From a virus: a DNA stretch of 64,000 nt. Below the pieces are notes generated by a model that saw only the letters and a list, made by a program, of their open reading frames with translations, had not been told where the DNA came from and searched no databases. The stretch lies in IMG/VR virus record IMGVR_UViG_3300008954_000003, positions 32,001-96,000 of that record; one strand, given 5' to 3'. A program made the position numbers and the translations under genes. Positions 30,564-38,576 of this stretch are shown in pieces (within the stretch, counting starts at the first letter, position 1; every line of letters starts with the position of its first letter).

Positions 30564-31345
30564 TGGAATTCTTCAACAAAAAAGAAGAGGTGCTCGATTT
30601 TGTTTTGACAAAGAAAGGGCGAGAACTGTATGCCAAGGGAAAATTGGCTCCTTACGGATATCGCTTTTTTGATGATGAAGTTGTTTACGACAACGCTTCA
30701 GGCGAGCTTCAGAATGAAATAGCTAAAAGAATCAAGAAGGACCTTAAAGTTAAGGCGATCACATCAGTTGTTGGTTCAAACATTGCGAAGACAGAGGTTC
30801 CGACAGTGAAGCTTTACAACGAGCTTGGACATGTCACAACGCTAACCCAAAGCGCGCCTTCGTGGAAAGTGATCATGCAAGAAGGGTTTGTCGATACAGG
30901 AAGTTATATTTCGTTCCCAACAGGGGTCAAGGGAAATACCTCTGATGAGATGAAAGCTCACCTTGAAAGAATCCCGCAATTGAATCTTGAAGTTAAATAC
31001 GACATATATTCTGAGAATTACAAGAACAACGCTGACAAGAATATGAAAAGGGTTACATTGGAAAAGGATTCAAACGATTTGCTCTTTACATTTGAGGAGA
31101 ACAACGCTTTTGATTTGGGAGAAGAGCAGGAGTTGTATTACGAGGTCTACAAGATCAATTATGATTCGAACAACACCGCTTCGTTGGTGCCACTGGAAAT
31201 GTCAGATAAAGAGTTTTCAAGCGAATTTGTCGGACACTACCTTAATATTTTGGAAGATGACGTTGCAACACAAAAACACCTTTTCAAAATCAAGAATATT
31301 TATGGTACAGAAACTCTGAAAGAAGATGATTTCTGTGAGGAATAA
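30563..31345 (+). CDS. Virion structural protein, paralog of 36532..37473
   Basis: N-terminus FFNKKEEVLDFVLTKKGRELYAKG...FFDDEVVYD matches the N-terminus of ORF 36532. Confidence 0.65.
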   Translation: MEFFNKKEEVLDFVLTKKGRELYAKGKLAPYGYRFFDDEVVYDNASGELQNEIAKRIKKDLKVKAITSVVGSNIAKTEVPTVKLYNELGHVTTLTQSAPSWKVIMQEGFVDTGSYISFPTGVKGNTSDEMKAHLERIPQLNLEVKYDIYSENYKNNADKNMKRVTLEKDSNDLLFTFEENNAFDLGEEQELYYEVYKINYDSNNTASLVPLEMSDKEFSSEFVGHYLNILEDDVATQKHLFKIKNIYGTETLKEDDFCEE

Positions 31346-31348
31346 CTT

Positions 31349-33016
31349 ATGACTTTGACGATTGCCCCGTTTTCAGGTGATTTAGACAGAAACTCTAGGG
31401 CAAATAAAAACCTTTTTCTCTTATACGATAAGCCTTATTTTTCAAGACTGCACCATACATTTGATGGTGAAGGGAACTTTGCTTTCTATTTTTATGTGGA
31501 CACTCGCCAGTTGTTTTTGGACAAAAGCAGGTTTCCAGAGATGCTGGATCTTGAAGGAGTAGGTGACGAACTATTATCAGATGCAATTTTTTCAATAAAG
31601 ACGGAGCTTGTCTCAAAGGATGAAACGGTTATCGTCGAGAACACACAAGAAAACACTTTGTTTGTCAACGAAGACCACCCTTTTTTGAAGATTAGTGGTG
31701 GGGCAAAATACACTGATGCTAGAAAGCTTAAGGATTTCAATCTACAGGCAAGGGTTTATTATCGAGATGTGACATACGATATAGCAGTTCAAAATTTTGT
31801 AGACAAGGATTTCTTTTCACCAGATATGCAGGATTTTGCTTTTGAGTTATATAACGTTGTTTATCCCGGAGATGAAACATTTAATCTTGATAAACTTTTT
31901 CATAATATAAAGGCGAGAATCGAGGTTTTTAAAGAGTCAAAAACAAATGACATTGCGATACTCAAAAACTTGTTCACAGAGGAACTTCGTTTTGAAAATG
32001 AACTTGATGGGGTTGAGTACGTTATTCCAAGGGAAATAACCACAGACGAAATAGTTTCTTTTACTTCGGAAGAGTTTCTGGGGAGAGTTTCCTCCGAAGA
32101 AGAGAGGTACAATTTGTCAGGAGAGTCAATTCATTTATCTCCGAGGGAATTTGATGTAAACGGCTCTTTGTTTGATAGTGCCAATTTCAACTTTTTTAAC
32201 AAAATAGCGAAAAACGAATTGAACAAGGAGGTTTCTGAAAACGCAATAGTGTTTTTGAATATTCTCAATGCAAACAAAAGAATTCATTTTGATGTAACAC
32301 CAAAAGATCGACAAGAAACGGTTGATGTTTTGTTACAAACGAGCCTTATAAGCCACACGGGAATCAATCACAATGTTGGCTTATCTGAGATGAGCACTGC
32401 CACTTCTTTTTCAGTTGAGACTACTCATGGAAAGAGGCGGCCAAAAACCAAAGTGACACAACAGGTGGCAACAGGTTTGCAAACGGGTGCGGCTATGGAA
32501 TCGTCTTTAGAGGTCGAGGTAAAGAGCGCAGAAATCGATAAGAAAGCTGTGTATTCAAAAAACAAAGCCAAGCTTCTTATGCTTGTAACCGTTCTTCGTG
32601 AAGTGGATAATTTTATCAATTCGGATAGACTATTTTTCAGAAGGGTTTTTGAGAAGCTGAGAGAGGGTATAGATGATTTGCCAATTCAATTGCAATTTTT
32701 GTACGGAGAATATCGAAAAGAAGAGCAGAGTTTGATATTTAGTGATGCTGGAGAACCTATAAGAAGCAACGTTCTTTTGTTTGGCTTGCTTTGGAATAAT
32801 TTCAAGAACCTTGTTAATGTAGAGTACTTAGAAGCTCAGAGTTCTACCTTTGCAGAGGCGTGGACACCTCTTAAAAAGTCAATCATAGAAGAGATCCCAG
32901 CGGGTCAAAAAATACTATGTAGACTGAACCCTTATCTGAACAATGATCTTGGAGTTATTCCAACTGAAAAGACCAGCCTTCCTATTTATAATAGGTATTT
33001 TTACATAGAGAAATAA
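31349..33016 (+). CDS. Hypothetical protein, structural module
   Basis: 555-aa ORF, GAGG SD, co-oriented. Confidence 0.6.
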   Translation: MTLTIAPFSGDLDRNSRANKNLFLLYDKPYFSRLHHTFDGEGNFAFYFYVDTRQLFLDKSRFPEMLDLEGVGDELLSDAIFSIKTELVSKDETVIVENTQENTLFVNEDHPFLKISGGAKYTDARKLKDFNLQARVYYRDVTYDIAVQNFVDKDFFSPDMQDFAFELYNVVYPGDETFNLDKLFHNIKARIEVFKESKTNDIAILKNLFTEELRFENELDGVEYVIPREITTDEIVSFTSEEFLGRVSSEEERYNLSGESIHLSPREFDVNGSLFDSANFNFFNKIAKNELNKEVSENAIVFLNILNANKRIHFDVTPKDRQETVDVLLQTSLISHTGINHNVGLSEMSTATSFSVETTHGKRRPKTKVTQQVATGLQTGAAMESSLEVEVKSAEIDKKAVYSKNKAKLLMLVTVLREVDNFINSDRLFFRRVFEKLREGIDDLPIQLQFLYGEYRKEEQSLIFSDAGEPIRSNVLLFGLLWNNFKNLVNVEYLEAQSSTFAEAWTPLKKSIIEEIPAGQKILCRLNPYLNNDLGVIPTEKTSLPIYNRYFYIEK

Positions 33017-33019
33017 TAC

Positions 33020-35161
33020 ATGGCAGAAGAAACAGGCAAAATTTTAACCGCTGAGTGGCGTGAGTCTTGGAAGAACATCATAATCAACGCAGACGGAAAT
33101 CTGTTTGGGGACATACCCTTCAGCAAAGATCAGGGTCATGCTCTTGAGCTTGAATCCGATCAGTCGCCGCCAGCCGGTGAAAAGAAGTTGATAATCAAAT
33201 CGACATTTCATTCTGTGAGGACATATCCCCCACAAAGGGTTCTCGCCGGTATCCCAACAATAATTAAAGCTGGGACATATAGAATCTTTTTTATGAAAAA
33301 GAGTGGGAGAAGGGATTCTGGATATGATTTCCTTCAAAGAAAGAATGGCGCGCGAAGCGTTAAGAAGGGGCTCGTTAAGCCGCCACCGCCGCCACCGCCG
33401 CCACCGCCACCGCCACCGCCACCGCCATTGTTTATTCCTGGGATGAATCTGATTACAACAACCACAACTCTGAAAACAGATGAGGAAAAGGAGAAAGAAA
33501 AGGAAGACAAGGAAACCGTCTTAAAGGATCAGGTAATGTTGTTCAGCCTTGGTGGCGGTGCAAATGACAGTGGTCTTGGCGGGTCTAAAGGGGATAGCAA
33601 TAAGAAAAACGAGGGTAAGAATCAGGGGGGTGGTGATTTGCTCGATGCAGTTAAAAACCTTGGGGAAGAACTTTCAACTGGGCCAAAGTCGACTCCGAAA
33701 TCTTTTACAGAGGTAAAAGACGTTGTTAAGACAGAAGCAACAAAAGTTATTGAAAAAATAAAGAAAGATAAGCCATTGGAGTTGAAGAAGGAAGAGGTAG
33801 AGAATTTAGTAAACGAGGCTCTTATCCCACCATACCCACCGTTGGTAACTTTTTACCCATATGCCGGTGTAAACAACAAAGTACTTATTCTTTTGCAACC
33901 TCAAACAGGCCCTGTGAAAAAGAAGGTTTTTACGCAACTAAGCTTCATAAAGAGTTTTGTTGTGGAAGTTTCCGATAATCCTCTTACAGGGTTCCAGAGT
34001 GGGCGTCCGATTTTACCTGAAAGAGCGGCAATTATTGATCAAGCTCTCAAACCGAATGTAAAGAAGTATTATCGTTTTTTCACCAATTCAAAAACACCAG
34101 GAATCAAGTCTCACTTATCAAAAGTTTATGAAGTCGAGATGGTTGATGATGGTGGGGTTGTGTATTTAACAACTCAAATTTTCAAGAAAAAGCAGAAAAA
34201 GAAATCAATTCGTCGGAAAAATTTCGTAGGAAAACTTCGTATAGAACCATCACTATCACAGCTTATTGTAGACAGAGAAGATATTTTGGAAGGAGAGGCG
34301 GTGGAAAAATCTGACCTTGGAATCGTTCCAAGCGCAGAATCGGTGTATAGTGATAGGCCAAACTTTAAAATTAGAGTTGGTTCGAGGAGAACTAAGAGAA
34401 AAATAGATCTGAATATAAACTTCAAAGCGACATCAAAAGGGCTTGAATCTCCAAAAGGAAGCGGGATTCAAGAGGTCATTGCTGACATTCCAATAAAAAC
34501 GGCGCTGGATAAGGCTGTTGATCTTATTCTTTCTGGAAAAGATCCTTTTGCAAGTGGAGAATCGAGTATTTTAGGAATAGCAAATTTGGGTATAACAACA
34601 GCACTCGGAGAGTCGGTAAAGACAGTTCTTTCACAAGGTGCTGGTTTAGGAAAAGGAACTGATGGAAAAGCGATTAGTATGCTTGGGCTTTTAAATGCGG
34701 TGTTGAACAAAGATGAGAGCAAAGAGGAATCGTCGAATGAGGGGAACGTCCTTGATAAAGTGGAAGAAAACAAAGCAGAAACACCACCTCCACCTCCACC
34801 CCCACCTACAAAACCCGGAGATGATTTGAAATTACAACAAATAAATTTTGTCAAGGATGTTCTTGCAGGGTTGACAAGTATTGAAGGTGTAAAAACAGAA
34901 GATGAAGCAAAAGTTAAACAAGCTGCAAACGAAACGATTAACATTTTATCGAAACCTAATGTAGTATTAGAGAGTAATATCACTGGAGTTGTTGGTGGTG
35001 CGGTAATGAATAAGAAGCCAGTCAACGAAGGTGGCATCAAAAAAGAAGCAGAAAAAATGGTGAAAGCCACGAAGAGTTCTTCAAAAGAAACGGTAGTTTT
35101 GAATTATAGCAAGGTTTACAATACGTTTATAGATCAATTTACAAAGGCGTTGGAAAAATAA
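33020..35161 (+). CDS. Hypothetical virion protein with Pro16 and Pro8 tracts
   Basis: 713-aa ORF. Central beta-rich domain (PPLVTFYPY...KYYRF...VYEVEMVDDGG) flanked by low-complexity polyproline linkers. Confidence 0.65.
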   Translation: MAEETGKILTAEWRESWKNIIINADGNLFGDIPFSKDQGHALELESDQSPPAGEKKLIIKSTFHSVRTYPPQRVLAGIPTIIKAGTYRIFFMKKSGRRDSGYDFLQRKNGARSVKKGLVKPPPPPPPPPPPPPPPPLFIPGMNLITTTTTLKTDEEKEKEKEDKETVLKDQVMLFSLGGGANDSGLGGSKGDSNKKNEGKNQGGGDLLDAVKNLGEELSTGPKSTPKSFTEVKDVVKTEATKVIEKIKKDKPLELKKEEVENLVNEALIPPYPPLVTFYPYAGVNNKVLILLQPQTGPVKKKVFTQLSFIKSFVVEVSDNPLTGFQSGRPILPERAAIIDQALKPNVKKYYRFFTNSKTPGIKSHLSKVYEVEMVDDGGVVYLTTQIFKKKQKKKSIRRKNFVGKLRIEPSLSQLIVDREDILEGEAVEKSDLGIVPSAESVYSDRPNFKIRVGSRRTKRKIDLNINFKATSKGLESPKGSGIQEVIADIPIKTALDKAVDLILSGKDPFASGESSILGIANLGITTALGESVKTVLSQGAGLGKGTDGKAISMLGLLNAVLNKDESKEESSNEGNVLDKVEENKAETPPPPPPPPTKPGDDLKLQQINFVKDVLAGLTSIEGVKTEDEAKVKQAANETINILSKPNVVLESNITGVVGGAVMNKKPVNEGGIKKEAEKMVKATKSSSKETVVLNYSKVYNTFIDQFTKALEK
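33380..33427 (+). repeat. CCG/CCA trinucleotide tract encoding 16 prolines
   Basis: ccgccaccgccgcca... 48 nt, read directly. Confidence 0.95.
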
Positions 35162-36466
35162 ATGGGAATCAAGGAAGCAAAAGAAGTCGTTCGAAGTGGA
35201 AAAGCTTTTTATGAAGAGGCTTTGAAAAACGCTAAAGCAGAGGGGACAAGAAAAATCCTTCAAACGATGAAATTGGGAAGTAATGTTTTTGAAGTCTATG
35301 AGGAGTTCTTATCCGAAGAGCGGATAAGTGATATCCCAGAACTCTTGAAGCCGTTTGGTGCGCTCCTCAATAAAGAACTTGAAAGAAATATAGAAGAGGA
35401 CGAGGTTTCTGAAGCAGATCTTGGAACACTCGTTGAGCTTCTTTCTACGTTCGGAGGACCAGAGGACGTATCATTATTAACAGAAAATACAATTTTGAAC
35501 ACCAAACAAGCATTTGACGATTACAAGAAACAAACGATTGTAAATTTTACAAAACACATTGGTGAGGGATTTGAAGGGTTGAATCTCTTTTTCAAAGAGG
35601 GTGTTGAACTGGACTTAGGCTTCGCATTCAACAAAGATACGTTCGCTCCGCTAGTCTCGGAAGGGCTTAAAGGTGAAGAAATTGCTGAATTTGTTGAGGG
35701 CATGAAAGACATTTTGGTTCAGTTTGAAGATGGTGTAAGCGTGGGTGAGTTTGCAGAACTTGTTGGGTTCATATTTGCGGCGATTGAAGATGATTTTGAA
35801 ACATTACAGGTTGCGATCAAAAGAGCCCTTGACACGTTTGTTCGTGGGATAGTGGTAGGGTCGGAGCAGATCACAGTTAAAAGTGAGATTAAATTAAGGA
35901 AGATGTTCTCTGGGTTGGTGGATTCTATAAAAGAAGAGTTCTCGATCCAATCAGCCAGGGAAGAGAACATTGCGAAGTATCGTGCTGTTTTTGTAGAACT
36001 TCTTGAATCAATCGTAGGCTCAGAGGGGTCCATAGATATTGTTGCAATTGCAGCAGAATATAAACAAGCCCTGAATCAGATGATAAAGGATCTGAAAAAC
36101 GTTAGAGTTGCCGGTAGTGGAGAGGGCACTTCTGTGAGAAAGGGCGATCTTAAAACCGTTGCTACTGGCGCAACAAACAGAGCAAATAAAGTTGCAAATG
36201 ATTTTGTGGTATTGCCGGGGGTTGGTCAAGGGCTTGCAAGTGAGGTTGCTAATTTGGTAGATGCAGAGGGTGTTGCCATCGATCCAGAAGAATTTGCTCC
36301 AAGACCTGAAGCAACGGGCTCATTAAACCTTTCACCTGAAGTTGGAGGGTTTGAGTTTGCCCCGCCAGGAGGACACCTTTCACCTGAAGCTGGAGGGTTT
36401 GAGTTTGCCCCGCCAGGAGGACTACCGGAGGACGAATTAATATTTACTGGCTCTTTGGGTATATAA
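35162..36466 (+). CDS. Hypothetical acidic helical protein
   Basis: 434-aa ORF with a C-terminal 16-aa tandem duplication. Confidence 0.6.
   Translation: MGIKEAKEVVRSGKAFYEEALKNAKAEGTRKILQTMKLGSNVFEVYEEFLSEERISDIPELLKPFGALLNKELERNIEEDEVSEADLGTLVELLSTFGGPEDVSLLTENTILNTKQAFDDYKKQTIVNFTKHIGEGFEGLNLFFKEGVELDLGFAFNKDTFAPLVSEGLKGEEIAEFVEGMKDILVQFEDGVSVGEFAELVGFIFAAIEDDFETLQVAIKRALDTFVRGIVVGSEQITVKSEIKLRKMFSGLVDSIKEEFSIQSAREENIAKYRAVFVELLESIVGSEGSIDIVAIAAEYKQALNQMIKDLKNVRVAGSGEGTSVRKGDLKTVATGATNRANKVANDFVVLPGVGQGLASEVANLVDAEGVAIDPEEFAPRPEATGSLNLSPEVGGFEFAPPGGHLSPEAGGFEFAPPGGLPEDELIFTGSLGI
36327..36422 (+). repeat. 48-bp tandem duplication (2 copies, 1 mismatch), LSPE(V/A)GGFEFAPPGG
   Basis: Units begin at 36327 and 36375. 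Confidence 0.9.
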
Positions 36467-36501
36467 TTTTGTTCGGGGAAGGGTTGGAACTTTAAATATC
36501 G

Positions 36502-36511
36502 ACTAATTATA
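36502..36511 (+). promoter_or_regulatory. Putative late promoter ACTAATTATA
   Basis: Intergenic, just upstream of the AAGGAG SD of ORF 36532; variant of the motif at 58844 and 63504. Confidence 0.5.
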
Positions 36512-36531
36512 GTGATAAAGGAGAGATTAGA

Positions 36532-37473
36532 ATGGCTTTTTTAGATAACAGTGGTGATATTGTTTTAGATGCTGTGCTTACAACAGCAGGAAGGCGACGT
36601 TTGGCAGAGGGAGCTGGCGCTTTTAAGGTTGCTCGTTTTGCTTTGAGCGATGATGAGATTGATTACGCTTTGTACAATTCAAGTCACGCAAGTGGTAGTG
36701 CTTATTTTGATCTTGATATTCTCAAGAGTCCGGTTTTGGAAGCAGTAACCGAGCCCAATGCCGCTTTGAAGTACAAACTATTAACCATTCCAAATCAACA
36801 GCTTCTATTCTTACCAACTCTTAAACTGAACACGAAACAAGCTCCTTTGTCAGCTTTGAACACGATCATTGTTGCGGTTAATGACAAGGTGGTTGAAAGT
36901 TTGACCGGGGGGACAACTCTTCCAAACTACGATACAATTTTTAACGGTGTTAATGGGTACATTGATGGGCGCGCAGCAGCTAAGGCAGCGGGCACCTTGA
37001 TGTTGAAAATTGGACAGGGTTTTGACACAGCAGAAGCCGGCGGTGCAGGAACGGCTATGCCGACTGATTTGGAAGAGACACAGTTTGCAATCGCAATGGA
37101 CGCAAGGTTTGGTCACGTTGTGACTAACACACCGGAGGGTGGAGTTGAAGCCGACCTCTCATTTATTTCAACAGACGGAACAGGAGTTTGGGCCTTGGCT
37201 GATGGTGCAAACCCCGATAACTTCGAAGCAAAACCCGTGGCTGAAAAGATCAATATCGCCGGGCCAATCGGAAGACAATTGAAGTTCAGCATCAAGGGCG
37301 CTTCAAGTATGTTAAACAACGCACAATTTTTCTTTGATAAGTACGGAAGGTCAGATTCCAACTTTAACAGTACAAGTGTTTCATTGAAGAAAATATCAGC
37401 AAACCTGAGAATTCAGGGTTTGACTCAAGGTGGGGTGGTCAATATTCCGCTTCATTTCATAGCAGAATTTTAA
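36532..37473 (+). CDS. Virion structural protein (tail-collar/fibre N-terminal-like)
   Basis: MAFLDNSGDIVLDAVLTTAGRRRLA...FALSDDEIDY; strong SD and its own putative promoter. Confidence 0.7.
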   Translation: MAFLDNSGDIVLDAVLTTAGRRRLAEGAGAFKVARFALSDDEIDYALYNSSHASGSAYFDLDILKSPVLEAVTEPNAALKYKLLTIPNQQLLFLPTLKLNTKQAPLSALNTIIVAVNDKVVESLTGGTTLPNYDTIFNGVNGYIDGRAAAKAAGTLMLKIGQGFDTAEAGGAGTAMPTDLEETQFAIAMDARFGHVVTNTPEGGVEADLSFISTDGTGVWALADGANPDNFEAKPVAEKINIAGPIGRQLKFSIKGASSMLNNAQFFFDKYGRSDSNFNSTSVSLKKISANLRIQGLTQGGVVNIPLHFIAEF

Positions 37474-37488
37474 AGGACGGAGAATAAG

Positions 37489-38562
37489 ATGGCTACAAGT
37501 ATTTTTAAGAATTTGGATGAGAACGATAAAGTAACACAAAAAACTTTATTGCATGAGTCAATTCCGATCACAGGATCGCTTTTGTCTGGTTCGTATGGGA
37601 CGTTTCCGAATGACACAAACGTTAAGTTTTATAGTCATGGCTATTTCCAGTCTGTGTATGATTATCCTTATGCCAGTTCTTCAGCGAACCACATTTTTGA
37701 TATCACATACGGACACAAAGAAGGTTCAGTGCCGGCACCAACAGCAAGCTCTCAAGAGAAAGAAATCAAACATGCAATCTATTCTCAAATGTCACAACTT
37801 CTGTTTGGGTATGATGCAACAGGTTCAGCGATTCCTATCAACGTATCCGGCTCGTTGTCTCCAACATCAGCGGATTGGATTGCAAACCCGTTGTTTATTA
37901 ACTTTTCAAGATTGCTTGTGAAAGATGAGATTAAAAAAGGCTCCTTTGAACTAAAGATTGCAACAAGTGGTTCAAGCTGTGGCAGTGCAAGCATGGACAA
38001 TGTTGCTACAATTGGTGATTATGCCGCAACAGGCAACACCGTGAGCTTTATTGATAATTCACCAGTTGGTGAATACGGAATCCTTTACACAGGCGCGGTT
38101 GAGAACAACAGAGAAAGAGGTTTGGTGTTTTATCAAGCGGGTATTGCTGTTCTTGACCTTGACAGATTCTTTGTAGACGATAACGAATTTAGATTTACGT
38201 CGGGAACCTATGGCTACCGGAGAATCGCTGATTCGATTATTTCGTCAAGTGTCGATGATATAGGAGATGCTGTACGTCGAAGAATCTTCAACATCAGTTT
38301 CCGCAACACAACCGAGCTTAATTCAACGGTTTATTTCTGTCGCCTAAATCACAATGAGTTCAACTATAGTTCGAACCCAACGTATGTGACCGCAAGCAAG
38401 TTGCGTGTGAAGGACAAGAATGAGGATTCACCCATATCATACGTTACAACAGTTGGTCTTTATTCCGAGGACAATGAGTTGCTTGCTGTAGGAAAACTAT
38501 CTGAGCCCTTGAAGAAAACCGCCGCAGACGAGCTTACCATTCGTGTCAGAACAGACTTCTGA
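37489..38562 (+). CDS. Virion structural protein
   Basis: DEIKKGSF, GLVFYQAG, FNYSSNP, C-terminal YVTTVGLYSEDNELLAVGKLSEPLKK...RVRTDF. Confidence 0.7.
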   Translation: MATSIFKNLDENDKVTQKTLLHESIPITGSLLSGSYGTFPNDTNVKFYSHGYFQSVYDYPYASSSANHIFDITYGHKEGSVPAPTASSQEKEIKHAIYSQMSQLLFGYDATGSAIPINVSGSLSPTSADWIANPLFINFSRLLVKDEIKKGSFELKIATSGSSCGSASMDNVATIGDYAATGNTVSFIDNSPVGEYGILYTGAVENNRERGLVFYQAGIAVLDLDRFFVDDNEFRFTSGTYGYRRIADSIISSSVDDIGDAVRRRIFNISFRNTTELNSTVYFCRLNHNEFNYSSNPTYVTASKLRVKDKNEDSPISYVTTVGLYSEDNELLAVGKLSEPLKKTAADELTIRVRTDF

Positions 38563-38576
38563 TTTAAAGGTGGCCC

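Noticed and set aside
36467-36531. tRNA or structured ncRNA in intergenic gaps
   Set aside because: Gaps are under 90 nt and show no cloverleaf or T-loop/CCA pattern.
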